From a virus (Duplodnaviria; Caudoviricetes): a stretch of DNA of 33,938 nt. The position numbers were made by a program, and so were the translations under genes. How positions within the stretch are numbered: position 1 is the stretch's first letter; every line of letters begins with the position of its first letter. Under the pieces are notes generated by a model. It saw nothing but the letters and a program-made list of their open reading frames with translations. It searched no databases and was not told where the DNA came from. Positions 1 through 10,148 of the stretch are shown in pieces. The stretch lies in the IMG/VR virus record IMGVR_UViG_3300025655_000154, positions 1 to 33,938 of that record. One strand, given 5' to 3'.

Positions 1-2
1 CT

Positions 3-86
3 CAAGCAGACTCAGCAGGAGGAACGGTTACCGTTTCTGCTGCTTTAGATATATTATTAATACAAAATAGACCGTACCCTGAATGA
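3..86 (+). CDS. 3' end of a truncated gene (partial), probably virion-associated
   Basis: Open frame from the window edge, QADSAGGTVTVSAALDILLIQNRPYPE, ending at TGA 84-86. Confidence 0.55.
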   Translation, partial: QADSAGGTVTVSAALDILLIQNRPYPE

Positions 87-175
87 ATGTATTAGGCGAA
101 GGTATTTTAAAATTAAAGAGAAATACAGCAGTGTCAGCAACTTTTGAGGGCGTATTAATAGATAACGCTTAATTT

Positions 176-688
176 ATGGCACAAGTTTGTATAAGGTGTA
201 ATGAAGAAAAACCTTATACTAGCTTTCCTAAAAACTACGGTTGTACACCTAAAAACAATCAAAGAAAACGTGAAGCGGTTTGTACCCCTTGTCGCATAAA
301 ACGTAAAAACGAATTAATTTCTAGTTGCCCAGAACGTTATATAAAAAACCTTTTTGTTCATTTAAATAATAAAAGAGGAAAAGTACAAGGGTTAAATATT
401 ATAGTTACTTTAGAAGAACTTATTGACTTGTATCATAAACAAGACGGTAAGTGTGCTCTTAGTAATATAACTATGACTTATAATAAAGACGGTACAGGTA
501 AAGATAACGAACACGCTCAAACTAATATTTCTATAGATCGAATAAACCCTTCAGGAAATTATCAAATAGAAAATTTACAATTAATTTGTAATCAAGTAAA
601 TTTTATAAAACATGTCTTAAAACAAGAAGATTTATTGTTTTGGGTTAAAGCTATTTATGAACATAATGCTTTATTTAAAATGCAATAA
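176..688 (+). CDS. HNH-type endonuclease with N-terminal Zn finger (putative homing endonuclease)
   Basis: N-terminal CxxC...CxxC; C-terminal GKCALS...SIDRINPSGNYQIENLQLICNQVN matches the beta-beta-alpha-Me (HNH) pattern; visibly AT-rich. Confidence 0.75.
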   Translation: MAQVCIRCNEEKPYTSFPKNYGCTPKNNQRKREAVCTPCRIKRKNELISSCPERYIKNLFVHLNNKRGKVQGLNIIVTLEELIDLYHKQDGKCALSNITMTYNKDGTGKDNEHAQTNISIDRINPSGNYQIENLQLICNQVNFIKHVLKQEDLLFWVKAIYEHNALFKMQ

Positions 689-698
689 TAGCTATGAT
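667..698 (+). promoter_or_regulatory. Putative sigma70-type promoter (variant of the repeated phage promoter)
   Basis: GC-TTTATT (670-675), 17-nt spacer, TATGAT (693-698), upstream of the structural gene run. Confidence 0.45.
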
Positions 699-782
699 AT
701 TGAATATATCAGGGGTTGGTATAACTACCTGCATTCAACATTCGTTGAATTTTTAACAAAAATTAGTTATTAACAGGACGTA

Positions 783-1088
783 ATGGCAGAGAAAAAACGG
801 AAAGCAAAATCCATACCTCGAACAACAAAAGGCAAAGGGGCTAATTATAGACCTACCAAGAGCGGTGCAGGCATGACCAAAAAAGGAGTTGCTGCTTATA
901 GAAGGGCAAATCCTGGCTCGAAGCTCAAGACTGCTGTGACTGGAGAAGTTAAAAAGGGTAGTAAAGCAGCAAAACGTAGAAAGTCTTACTGTGCAAGATC
1001 TCTCGGTCAATTAAAAAGAAGTTCAGCTAAAACCAGAAACGATCCTAACTCTAGAATAAGACAGGCAAGAAGACGATGGAAATGTTAG
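783..1088 (+). CDS. Small highly basic conserved phage protein (DUF6321-like)
   Basis: K/R-rich; GMTKKGVAAYRRANPGSKLKTAVTG...RRKSYCARS...DPNSR...RRWKC motif recalled from marine phage proteins; AGGA RBS. Confidence 0.7.
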   Translation: MAEKKRKAKSIPRTTKGKGANYRPTKSGAGMTKKGVAAYRRANPGSKLKTAVTGEVKKGSKAAKRRKSYCARSLGQLKRSSAKTRNDPNSRIRQARRRWKC

Positions 1089-2146
1089 AAAAAGGTGGTA
1101 TCGCCTCTTTATCAGAAGCAGAAAAAATTCAAAAAGATTTTGAATACGCTACTCAATATGGATTAGGTAGTGAAATTAAAAAATTTGTTAAAAAAGCAGG
1201 ACCTGCAATCGGTGCAGTTATAGGTGGTATGATTGGCGGACCTGCAGGAGCAGCCATTGGTGCAGGAATAGGTACAAAAACTTCTGCTAGTGATAACTAT
1301 GCTCAAAATATGTTAGCGGCTTTTACACTAGCTTCTGCTTCAGGTATGCAGGGTCAAGGGATGAATGTCTTTAAGCAAAACCCTATAACTTCTTTTCAAC
1401 AAAGTTTTGCTGGTTTCGATGAGTCAACCATAGGAACTATGTTAGGTAAAAATAAAGCAGCACAAGTTGATGCTTTAAGTAAATCTGGGCAAGCAGACAT
1501 ACTTAAAAGAATAAATGAATTAAATGCAACTGGAATTACAGACCCTGATAAAATATTAAGTTCTTTAAATACTGAATTTGGAAGAGGAACGATCTCTGAT
1601 GCTATACGAATGGGTGGAGGACAAGGGTACGGACCAATAAGTGCTGCTAGAGAAGTTCCAATTTTAGGAACAGCTATAAATTTAGGAGAAGGTTTAGCTT
1701 CTTTTGCTGCAGATAATCCATTACTTACACAGTTAGCAATGCCTAAAATAGTTGAAGCTATTTACGGTGAAGACCCATATGGAACAAGTGCAAATTTAAG
1801 TTTTGCAAGTCAAAACTTAACTCCTGGTGTTAATTTAAACGTAAACCCTTACATTGAAGGCTCAAGAGTAAACGCTCCTCAGTTTCCTAACTTAGAACAA
1901 TTTGTAGGGGCTAAACGAGCAATGTTCGGTGGTAAAATAGGTAATAATTATAAAGAAGGTGGTAAGCCTTTAGTTAGACCTGATGGACAAGTTACAGGTC
2001 CAGGAACACCAACAAGCGATGATATCCCTGTATATTTAAGTGATCAAGAATATGTAATGCCAAAAGTTATGGTAGACTATTTTGGAAACGGTGATTACGA
2101 TAACGGTATAGCAGCATTAGAACAAATTAGAACAAGGTTAGTATAA
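1076..2146 (+). CDS. Putative internal virion protein with glycine zipper
   Basis: GAVIGGMIGGPAGAAIGAGIG glycine zipper; C-terminal GPGTPTSDDIPVYLSDQEYV motif typical of phage virion/tape-measure-type proteins; start may be ATG 1082. Confidence 0.65.
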   Translation: MEMLEKGGIASLSEAEKIQKDFEYATQYGLGSEIKKFVKKAGPAIGAVIGGMIGGPAGAAIGAGIGTKTSASDNYAQNMLAAFTLASASGMQGQGMNVFKQNPITSFQQSFAGFDESTIGTMLGKNKAAQVDALSKSGQADILKRINELNATGITDPDKILSSLNTEFGRGTISDAIRMGGGQGYGPISAAREVPILGTAINLGEGLASFAADNPLLTQLAMPKIVEAIYGEDPYGTSANLSFASQNLTPGVNLNVNPYIEGSRVNAPQFPNLEQFVGAKRAMFGGKIGNNYKEGGKPLVRPDGQVTGPGTPTSDDIPVYLSDQEYVMPKVMVDYFGNGDYDNGIAALEQIRTRLV

Positions 2147-3621
2147 TGGCAGTAGAATCCCAACAACAAACCGTAGTACCAGCAAGACTGGTTCAACAAT
2201 TTTTAGGCGGAGGGGGTGCAGGAATTCCTGGACTGTTTCCATTATTAAATCAACAATTAGTTAGCCAGTTTTCACAACTTGGACTACCTGATACTAGTCC
2301 TTTTACTTATACAGGTCAAAGAATCGCTGGGTTCACTCCTCAAGAACAAAGAGCTTTTCAATTAGGTGAACAAGCTATTGGTTCTTATTTACCATTTTTA
2401 GAAAGAGGAGCAGGTTTAACTGAAGAAGCTGCTCAACAATTAATGATGGGTAGTAGGTTAGGTGCTGAACAAATACAAGGTGCTTTAGGAGAAGCTGAAC
2501 GCTTAACAGGCAGAGGAGTCGGTCAATTAGAAGCTTCTTTAAGTCCAGAGTTAGCTCAATACCAACAAGCTGAACGTGCTGCTCGTATGGGAGCAAGAGA
2601 CGTAGGCAGAGGAGTAAGAGAAGCACAAGCAGGTTTTAGAGGGCTTGCAGGAACACAAGCACCGTTTATAGGATCTGCTATGCAAGGTCTTGGTCAAGCA
2701 GGGCTTGCAGGACTTATGTCAACAGGAGCTTTTGATCCTAGATCTACTGGAGCTTTTTATAATCCATTTGAAGAACAAGTAGTACAACAAACTCTTTCTG
2801 ATATTGGTGAACAGTTCGGTAAAGCAGGGGTGGCTGAAAGTGCTAGGCAAGTAGCTAGTGGAGCTTTTGGCGGTGCTAGAGGTAGATTAGCTCAAGAAGA
2901 TATAGCCAGACAATTTGGTAGAGGAGCTACGGAAGCAGTTAGCGGTATCAGAGCAGGTGGTTTCGGTCAAGCTCAACAAGCAGCTCAACAAGCGTTTGAA
3001 GCTCAACAAGCAAGACAAGCAAATCAAGCAAGATTGCTCTCACAACTTGCAGGTCAAACAGGTGCTCTAGGTCAACAAACTCTTGCAGGTCAACAAGCAG
3101 GTCTACAAGGTTTATTAGGGGCTACACAATTAGGCGGTGCTCAACAAACACAACTAGCACAACAACTAGGGACTTTAGGTCAAGCAGCAGGTACAGCAGG
3201 CAGACAAGTAGGTCTAGGTGTAGGTCAACTTGGTTCACAATTAGGAACTTTAGGCGTAGGTGCTGGAAGATATACAGGTCAATTAGGTGCTCAATTAGGA
3301 CAAGGATTAGGTCAACTAGGGCAACAAACTATGGGTATTGCTAGTGCTCTACCTTCATTACAAAGAGCCGATGTACAATTACTAGGTAATATTGGTGGAA
3401 CTCAAAGAGGTATGGAACAAGCTGGACTAGATCTAGGCTATCAAAACTTTGTAGGTCAATATAACCTACCTATGCAAACTCTAACTAATGTTGCAGGAGT
3501 CTTTGGACCTCTAGCAGGATTAGCAGGATCAACTACTGCGTTACAACCACTTAGTAATACAAGTTCTTATTTAGGTAGTGGTCTTGGAAGTGCAGTTTAC
3601 GGTGGAGGACAGTTAGTATAA
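2146..3621 (+). CDS. Gly/Gln/Ala-rich putative DNA ejection (pilot-like) protein
   Basis: Low-complexity G/Q/A/L composition with GQLGxQLGxLG repeats; TAATG overlap with neighbours; position among internal virion genes. Confidence 0.65.
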   Translation: MAVESQQQTVVPARLVQQFLGGGGAGIPGLFPLLNQQLVSQFSQLGLPDTSPFTYTGQRIAGFTPQEQRAFQLGEQAIGSYLPFLERGAGLTEEAAQQLMMGSRLGAEQIQGALGEAERLTGRGVGQLEASLSPELAQYQQAERAARMGARDVGRGVREAQAGFRGLAGTQAPFIGSAMQGLGQAGLAGLMSTGAFDPRSTGAFYNPFEEQVVQQTLSDIGEQFGKAGVAESARQVASGAFGGARGRLAQEDIARQFGRGATEAVSGIRAGGFGQAQQAAQQAFEAQQARQANQARLLSQLAGQTGALGQQTLAGQQAGLQGLLGATQLGGAQQTQLAQQLGTLGQAAGTAGRQVGLGVGQLGSQLGTLGVGAGRYTGQLGAQLGQGLGQLGQQTMGIASALPSLQRADVQLLGNIGGTQRGMEQAGLDLGYQNFVGQYNLPMQTLTNVAGVFGPLAGLAGSTTALQPLSNTSSYLGSGLGSAVYGGGQLV

Positions 3622-5426
3622 TGGCAACATTAGAAGATTTAGAAAAAAGAGTTGGAATGATGGGGGGATTATACCCTTATGATCTATATTCGCTATCCCA
3701 AGGAACTGATCCAATGAGCCAAGCTGTACGAGGATTCAGTGGTGGAGTAAATATACCTGACGTTAATTTACAAGGTGCTCCTACGTTGACTCCTGGTCAA
3801 GTTACAGGAGTTAGTGGTGTAACTGGTGGTAGTTTACCAAAAGGTAACTTAACCACAGGAACTTCTACAGGAACTATGGGTAATAGGTTAGACGAACTAG
3901 TAAACGATAGTTCTCCTGTAACTGCTGAAGGCATAGGAACGATGGCTGAACTTTTAGGCTCTATTGATCCAGATAAATTAGATATGGGTAATATCAACAC
4001 AGTTGCCGATATGTTAGTAAGTCAACAATATCCTAATTTAGGTACTGAACAAAAAGGAAAAGTAATAAATTTAATAGCGGATTTATATGCCGCAGGTCAA
4101 GACCCTCAGTTCCAACAATCTTATTTTGAAACTAAAAAAAGTTTATCAGCATTAAATAAACAAAAACGTATTCAATATCAACAAGCAAAAGCAGCTTCTA
4201 AAGATAAAATTTATGGTAAATTATTAGATTATGTTTTAAGAGAAGATAAAGATAGCCCTGTTGGAACTAAAATTGTTAACGTATTCCGACCTGATGTACT
4301 AGAAGGTGGAGGCTCAATAGATGATGCTACACAAAATGCTAGAATTAGAACTAATGCAAATGGAGAAGAAATATTAGAAATAGTTTCAGGTGTAGACCAA
4401 AACGGAAATAATATTTATCAAACTGCACCAGCAGAAACAGTAGTTATCAACAATCCAGGACAACTACAAACATTAAGAGACGGTGCTAGAGGTAAAATTG
4501 ATTTTAAAGAATACGGTAAAGCGTTAGACGCTAATAATGCAAAAATTGCTGCGGCACAAAACATTGTAGCTCCAGTTAATCAAATGTTAGAAATAGCTTC
4601 TAGTCCGCAAACTCCTAGAGATATTGCAGGGTTTACAGGTGCTATATTTGATACTGTAGGAAGAATAAAAACTGAATTAGACGTCCTACAAAATAACGTA
4701 TTAGGTAAATTAGATAAAGATCAACAAGCTATTGCAAATAGAATTTCAGGTTATTTTGATAATTTAACTGCAGATAACAACACTACTTCTGCTAATGGAT
4801 TAGAAAACGCAGTAGATGAAAATGGAAAAGCATTAAATTTTAAATGGTCAGAACTTGGTACACAGGTAGCTAACAACGCAGTTTATAAAGCTCTCTTTTT
4901 AGAATTAGCGTATTATTCATTATTGCTTAAAGGACAAGAATCTAGGGCGGTATCTGATAAAGATATTGTAAACGCTTTAAGAACTATTGGTGGAGACGCT
5001 TCAACACCTGAAGCCGCTATGAGGACTATTGTAAATTTTACTTCTAAAGCATTAAGTGCCGCAGAAAACGAAGTAGCTGCTGCAAGAAAAGTATATAAAA
5101 CCAAAGCTTATGAACCTTTTAGAAATCAATTCGGTTATTCTGAAGAAGATATTGATAACGAATGGCAAGGTCCAATAACCTCTCTTATGAATCCGTCTAG
5201 TAATTACAATCAAGAGTTTACAGAATTTTTAAACTTTGCTCAAATATACGGTGGTGATATAGGGAATCAAAAAGGTCCGTTTAATAGATATTTAGCACCT
5301 TTTGTAGGTAGTGTTTTACAACAACAATCTCAAACTGGTAAAAATTTACCAAAAGAAGAACTAACTAACGAAGACATTGCACTTAATGCATTAAAAGCCG
5401 CAGGAATTAAAATAGGGTCTCAATAA
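3621..5426 (+). CDS. Putative internal virion/ejection protein
   Basis: 601-aa ORF translationally coupled in the run of large virion genes; function inferred from context only. Confidence 0.55.
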   Translation: MATLEDLEKRVGMMGGLYPYDLYSLSQGTDPMSQAVRGFSGGVNIPDVNLQGAPTLTPGQVTGVSGVTGGSLPKGNLTTGTSTGTMGNRLDELVNDSSPVTAEGIGTMAELLGSIDPDKLDMGNINTVADMLVSQQYPNLGTEQKGKVINLIADLYAAGQDPQFQQSYFETKKSLSALNKQKRIQYQQAKAASKDKIYGKLLDYVLREDKDSPVGTKIVNVFRPDVLEGGGSIDDATQNARIRTNANGEEILEIVSGVDQNGNNIYQTAPAETVVINNPGQLQTLRDGARGKIDFKEYGKALDANNAKIAAAQNIVAPVNQMLEIASSPQTPRDIAGFTGAIFDTVGRIKTELDVLQNNVLGKLDKDQQAIANRISGYFDNLTADNNTTSANGLENAVDENGKALNFKWSELGTQVANNAVYKALFLELAYYSLLLKGQESRAVSDKDIVNALRTIGGDASTPEAAMRTIVNFTSKALSAAENEVAAARKVYKTKAYEPFRNQFGYSEEDIDNEWQGPITSLMNPSSNYNQEFTEFLNFAQIYGGDIGNQKGPFNRYLAPFVGSVLQQQSQTGKNLPKEELTNEDIALNALKAAGIKIGSQ

Positions 5427-5427
5427 T

Positions 5428-8400
5428 ATGGCAGAGCCAATAACTCTTTTACGTCAAGAAGATTTAAACGTTATTGAAAGTATTAATGCTTTATCTGAAG
5501 ACGAAAAACAAAAACTATTTTCTGATAATCCTGCTGCTAAAGATTATTACGATACTTTAGTTAAAAGAGTTGAAGCTCCTAGAACACCTATAGAATACGA
5601 TCCCACAACTCTACAAAGTGGGATACAAACAGTTGGGAAAGGTTTAACTGCTATTGGAGAAACTGCAGAAAAACTAGAAGAAAAATTACCTCCAGTACAA
5701 TTACTTCCGTTCTTAAATACACAAGATATTTTAAATGCTTATAAAAACATTTATAAACCTATTGGTATGTGGCTTGACGATGAAGAAAAACTAAGGCAAG
5801 CAGGAGAAATAGGTATAGATATAAATACAACTGGTGCTAATCTTTTAACAAGATTAAAATCTGGTTTTGGCTCTAGACAACTTTCTTTTGAAGATACTAA
5901 AAAATTATTAAGCGAACAACTTGGTAAAGAACCATATTACATGGAAGATATCGAAGGTGTTGGAGTAGTTTTTCAAGAAAATAAAGGTGATCGCTTAGTA
6001 GCTTTTAACCGTCCAGGAGCTGACGTAGGTGATGTTGTTGAGTTTATAGGAGAAGAAGCTTTACCATTAGGTTTAGACGTAGCAACACAAATAGCATTAA
6101 CAAAAAATTTAAAAAGATTACCGCAAAGCACATTGAATAAAGTTTTTTCTGGTGCTTCTACTGCTACTACATCAGGCGTTACAACTTACATGGGGGAACT
6201 TACAAAATTAAAAGTAGGTCAAGATTTATTTGGTTTAAATAAAGATAAAAATTTTACTGATCTTTTAGAAGAATCTGTGAATCCAGCATTATTATCAGCT
6301 GGAGGTACTGCTGCTTTTAATTTAGTAGGAACATTTGCTACAGGCTTATATAGAGCTTTTAATCAAGGTAAAATCCCTAATGAGGTTGTAAACGATATTA
6401 ATGAAACTTTACTTAGGATAAAAGAAAAAGGCGAAGGAGCTGAAGTTTTACCAACAGGTGAAATACCTAACTTTAAACCTACGTTAGGACAAAGAACAAA
6501 AGACCCTGAACTTCTTGCATTAGAAGATGCATTTATTCTTGCACCAGGAGCAGATCAAAACGTCAGAAGAAAATATTTAGCACAACTTGATGATAACGAA
6601 GAGGCTTTAGTTGAATACGCTACAAAACTTGCAGACGAATTTGGTTTAGATTACGCTAATCAAGCGATAGAGGTCTTCGGCAGAAATTTTAAATCTGCTG
6701 CTGGAGATAAAGCAGATGTATTAAAACAAAGAGTTTTAGATAGTTATAAACTTTCAAGGGAAACTGCTGGGGCAAGTATAAAAGGCTTAGATGGATATGA
6801 AGGGGCAGCAGGTGATTTAGGATTAGATTTATTAACGATTACTAATAAATCAGCTGATGAACTTACCGAAGGAGATACAGTATTACAGACATTATTAAAT
6901 AGAGCTAAAGAACAAAGTAATACGATATTTGAAACTGTAAAACAGGCAGTAGGTGTATTACCTGCTAGACAAACTAATACTTATAATGTCCTTAAAAAAT
7001 TAGTAGACGATCCAGGAGAAAGATCAATATTTACTGCATTAAATGACCCTACTTTTACAAACAGAGTATTTCCTGATCCTGCAGAAGCAAAAGAATTATT
7101 ATTAAGATTAAGTAATCGAGATGCTAATGGTAGGTTTACTACTCCTTTAAATTTATCTGAATTAATTGCTACTAGAAAGTTTTTAAATATGGCTAAAGGT
7201 GGTAAAAAAGACATAGATCTAGATGTTAGAGAAGTTAACGAACTATTAAAAGCTATAGATCAAGATATAGCTGATTCTCTTAAATCAGCTGATTTAAAAG
7301 GTGGAAAAGTAGTAGTAGAAGGTCAGGAACTACTACCAAGTGAGGCTTGGAGATTTGCTAACGATAGATATACACAGGCTAATAAATTAGGACGAAAACA
7401 ATTTATAGGTGAAGTAAGAGCAGGGAAAATTCAACCTTCACAACTTTTTGATATGACCATGTCTAAAAGCGTTAGAGGTGCGAGAACTAACGAATATTTT
7501 GATGACTTGTATGAAGTATTAGAACTTGGTGACGATAAACTTATAACGGATTTACGTTTCGCATTTGGTGAAAGATTAAAAGACACTATTAAAGATACTA
7601 ACATAGCAAATAGAAATAAAGCGGTTAATGAATTTTTAGATCTACATAGTGGTATTTTTAAAAAACTATACCCTACTAAAGGTGATCAATCTGCATTTAG
7701 GTTAGCGGCTCGTGATTTAGATAACGTAGCGAAATCTAAAATAAAATACGATAATGCTATAGACCAAATTAATAAAAAATACGGTCAATACACAGGTAAA
7801 ACAGACGACGTAATACAAAATATTTATAGTATTTTTAAAGGTACACCTGAAGAAAGCTTGTTGCAATTAAATGGTCGTAGAAAAGAATTAGCTAAAATAT
7901 TAAATACTAGCCCTGAATTAAAAAACCAATTTCAATATCATCTACAACAGGTTTTATTAAGAGATATGAAATCTGTTGATCCTTTTTATGGTGATATATT
8001 AGATCTAGATAAATTAGTTAAAATAATACAAGACCCTAATTTTGAAAAATCATATGGAACATTTTTCAATAAAGAGTATATTAACAATCTTAAGAAGTTA
8101 GCAGAAGTTACACAATTTACTAATAAAAGAATTCAATCAAAAATACCTCAAGAATCTAGGCAAAATGCGAAAGATATTGTGTCTAAAATGACTACTCCTT
8201 TTTCTGAAGGACAACAAGCAGCACAAGGTATTTTAGGTCCATTGAACCCTATTAGTGTTAAATTTAGAATTTACGATAAAATACAATTAAACAGAGGGTT
8301 TAAAACATTAAATAATTTAATATTAGATGCTGACGCTTTAGATAGTTTTATTAAAAACAGATTTAGTACATTTAAAAATATTAAAAGAACAACACCTTTT

Positions 8401-8484
8401 GGAGGGTTATATGCACGTAATTTTGATGATATAATGAGTGATGATGATATACCTGAAGAAGTAAGGTTAATAGAAGAAAAATAA
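5428..8484 (+). CDS. Large putative internal virion/ejection protein
   Basis: 1018 aa, helical-looking, in the usual position of the largest podovirus ejection protein; no catalytic motif recognised. Confidence 0.55.
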   Translation: MAEPITLLRQEDLNVIESINALSEDEKQKLFSDNPAAKDYYDTLVKRVEAPRTPIEYDPTTLQSGIQTVGKGLTAIGETAEKLEEKLPPVQLLPFLNTQDILNAYKNIYKPIGMWLDDEEKLRQAGEIGIDINTTGANLLTRLKSGFGSRQLSFEDTKKLLSEQLGKEPYYMEDIEGVGVVFQENKGDRLVAFNRPGADVGDVVEFIGEEALPLGLDVATQIALTKNLKRLPQSTLNKVFSGASTATTSGVTTYMGELTKLKVGQDLFGLNKDKNFTDLLEESVNPALLSAGGTAAFNLVGTFATGLYRAFNQGKIPNEVVNDINETLLRIKEKGEGAEVLPTGEIPNFKPTLGQRTKDPELLALEDAFILAPGADQNVRRKYLAQLDDNEEALVEYATKLADEFGLDYANQAIEVFGRNFKSAAGDKADVLKQRVLDSYKLSRETAGASIKGLDGYEGAAGDLGLDLLTITNKSADELTEGDTVLQTLLNRAKEQSNTIFETVKQAVGVLPARQTNTYNVLKKLVDDPGERSIFTALNDPTFTNRVFPDPAEAKELLLRLSNRDANGRFTTPLNLSELIATRKFLNMAKGGKKDIDLDVREVNELLKAIDQDIADSLKSADLKGGKVVVEGQELLPSEAWRFANDRYTQANKLGRKQFIGEVRAGKIQPSQLFDMTMSKSVRGARTNEYFDDLYEVLELGDDKLITDLRFAFGERLKDTIKDTNIANRNKAVNEFLDLHSGIFKKLYPTKGDQSAFRLAARDLDNVAKSKIKYDNAIDQINKKYGQYTGKTDDVIQNIYSIFKGTPEESLLQLNGRRKELAKILNTSPELKNQFQYHLQQVLLRDMKSVDPFYGDILDLDKLVKIIQDPNFEKSYGTFFNKEYINNLKKLAEVTQFTNKRIQSKIPQESRQNAKDIVSKMTTPFSEGQQAAQGILGPLNPISVKFRIYDKIQLNRGFKTLNNLILDADALDSFIKNRFSTFKNIKRTTPFGGLYARNFDDIMSDDDIPEEVRLIEEK

Positions 8485-10148
8485 TGGCACTATCAGAAAC
8501 ATTAAAAGATTTAACAGAAGGTATTTCTTCTTTGAGAAATCAAACCTATAAACTAGGTGATCGGTATATGCAAGGCGAAGATATCATGAAAGACGGTATG
8601 GATCTTCGTAATATGTTAAAAAATATGGATATTGAAATTACCAAATTAGAAGGTACTTCAAGAAAAGATAATCCGTCAGTTTATGATGTAGAAGTAGAAC
8701 AATATACTTCAGATGAAGCAGGTAAACTTAAAAATAGATTAGGTGAACTAATGAACGCTACGTCTGATTTTGACGAAGCTCCTGGAATGTTCGATGGTGG
8801 AATGCTGACAGGGGTTATCGGTGGACCTGTTGATGTAGAAAAACTTGACGAATCAAGAACAGTTCCAGGAATTATCAAAGAAACATATTCAGACCCCATG
8901 TTACGTTTAATATCAGGACAACGTGCAGGGTTTTATCCACAACTAGGTTTTGGTGCTGATCCTTATGAAAATGTATTTAAACGTGCTTTAGGAATTCCTG
9001 TTGCTGAAGCCCCTACAACACCACCACCTGATAGACCTCCGTACATACCACCACCTGATGGACCTCCTTTCAAAGACCCACGTGATGGAGATTTTTACGA
9101 TCCTAGAGACGATTATTTAAGAGATCGTTTTTTAGATTTTAGAGACGCTGACCTTTTTGATTTTACTCCTATTGGGACTCCTGATACACCAAAAGTTCCT
9201 ATGGATTTTGATCCTGCCGCATTTAGAGAAGATATATTATCAAACATACCTGCCTACGATCCTTCTGAATTAGAAAAAGGAATTGCAAGTTTACAAGAAC
9301 AAATAGGAAGTTTTAAACCGCCTACATTAGACATAGGTCAAATTACTAGAGATATTCAATCTCAACTTAAATTACCTCAAACTCCTCAAATAGATAGAGA
9401 AGCTCTTGTTAGAGATATTCAATCTAGCATAAAAATTCCTCAAGCTCCTCAAATAGATATTGAAGCTTTAAGATCAGATATTTTAAGATCTGTTCCACAA
9501 CAACAATTACCAGATGTTTCTAAATTTGTAACTCAATCTGATATCAATAAAGCTCTTGCTAATATACCTCAACCAGAACAATTAGATAGACAGGCTTTGA
9601 TTAGAGATATACAGTCGCAAATAAAAGTTCCTGAAAGATTTGATCCAACTGGTTTAGAATCTCAGATATCAGGTTTACAATCTCAAATACAAGGAATACC
9701 ACAATTTGATCCAACAAGTTTACAAGCAAGATTGGGTGGGCTAGAGCAACAATTAGCAAACATTCCGCAACCACAACAAATAGATATTGGAGCATTAAGA
9801 CAAGATATTTTATCTCGTGTTCCACAATTTGATCCCTCGTCTATTCAACAAGGATTAGCAAGTTTAGAATCTAGATTACAAAATATTCCCCAAGTAACTC
9901 CTAGAAGCGATGCGGAAATACAATCTTTAATAAACAGGTCTATTTCAAATATTCCTACTCCTCAAACACCTGATGTTTCAAGATTTATTACAGCAGATGA
10001 TTTAAGCAGAGGATTAGCTTCTATAAATATTCCTCAAGTAAATTTAGACCCAATTACAAGCAGATTGGCTCAACTAGAAAAACAATTAGCAGGTTTATCA
10101 ACACCTTCCGTTTCAATACCTAACTTTAGAAACTTTACTTTAGGATAA
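8484..10148 (+). CDS. Repeat-containing putative virion protein (Pro-rich linker, segmented helical repeats)
   Basis: PPPD repeats followed by roughly 19-22-aa units such as PQIDREALVRDIQSSIKI, PQFDPTSLQARL and PDVSKFVTQSDI. Confidence 0.6.
   Translation: MALSETLKDLTEGISSLRNQTYKLGDRYMQGEDIMKDGMDLRNMLKNMDIEITKLEGTSRKDNPSVYDVEVEQYTSDEAGKLKNRLGELMNATSDFDEAPGMFDGGMLTGVIGGPVDVEKLDESRTVPGIIKETYSDPMLRLISGQRAGFYPQLGFGADPYENVFKRALGIPVAEAPTTPPPDRPPYIPPPDGPPFKDPRDGDFYDPRDDYLRDRFLDFRDADLFDFTPIGTPDTPKVPMDFDPAAFREDILSNIPAYDPSELEKGIASLQEQIGSFKPPTLDIGQITRDIQSQLKLPQTPQIDREALVRDIQSSIKIPQAPQIDIEALRSDILRSVPQQQLPDVSKFVTQSDINKALANIPQPEQLDRQALIRDIQSQIKVPERFDPTGLESQISGLQSQIQGIPQFDPTSLQARLGGLEQQLANIPQPQQIDIGALRQDILSRVPQFDPSSIQQGLASLESRLQNIPQVTPRSDAEIQSLINRSISNIPTPQTPDVSRFITADDLSRGLASINIPQVNLDPITSRLAQLEKQLAGLSTPSVSIPNFRNFTLG

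Noticed and set aside
753-9825. Short minus-strand ORFs (753, 2375, 3797, 4913, 6981, 8681, 9601)
   Set aside because: They lie antisense to long coupled + strand genes and have no recognisable motifs; treated as shadow ORFs.
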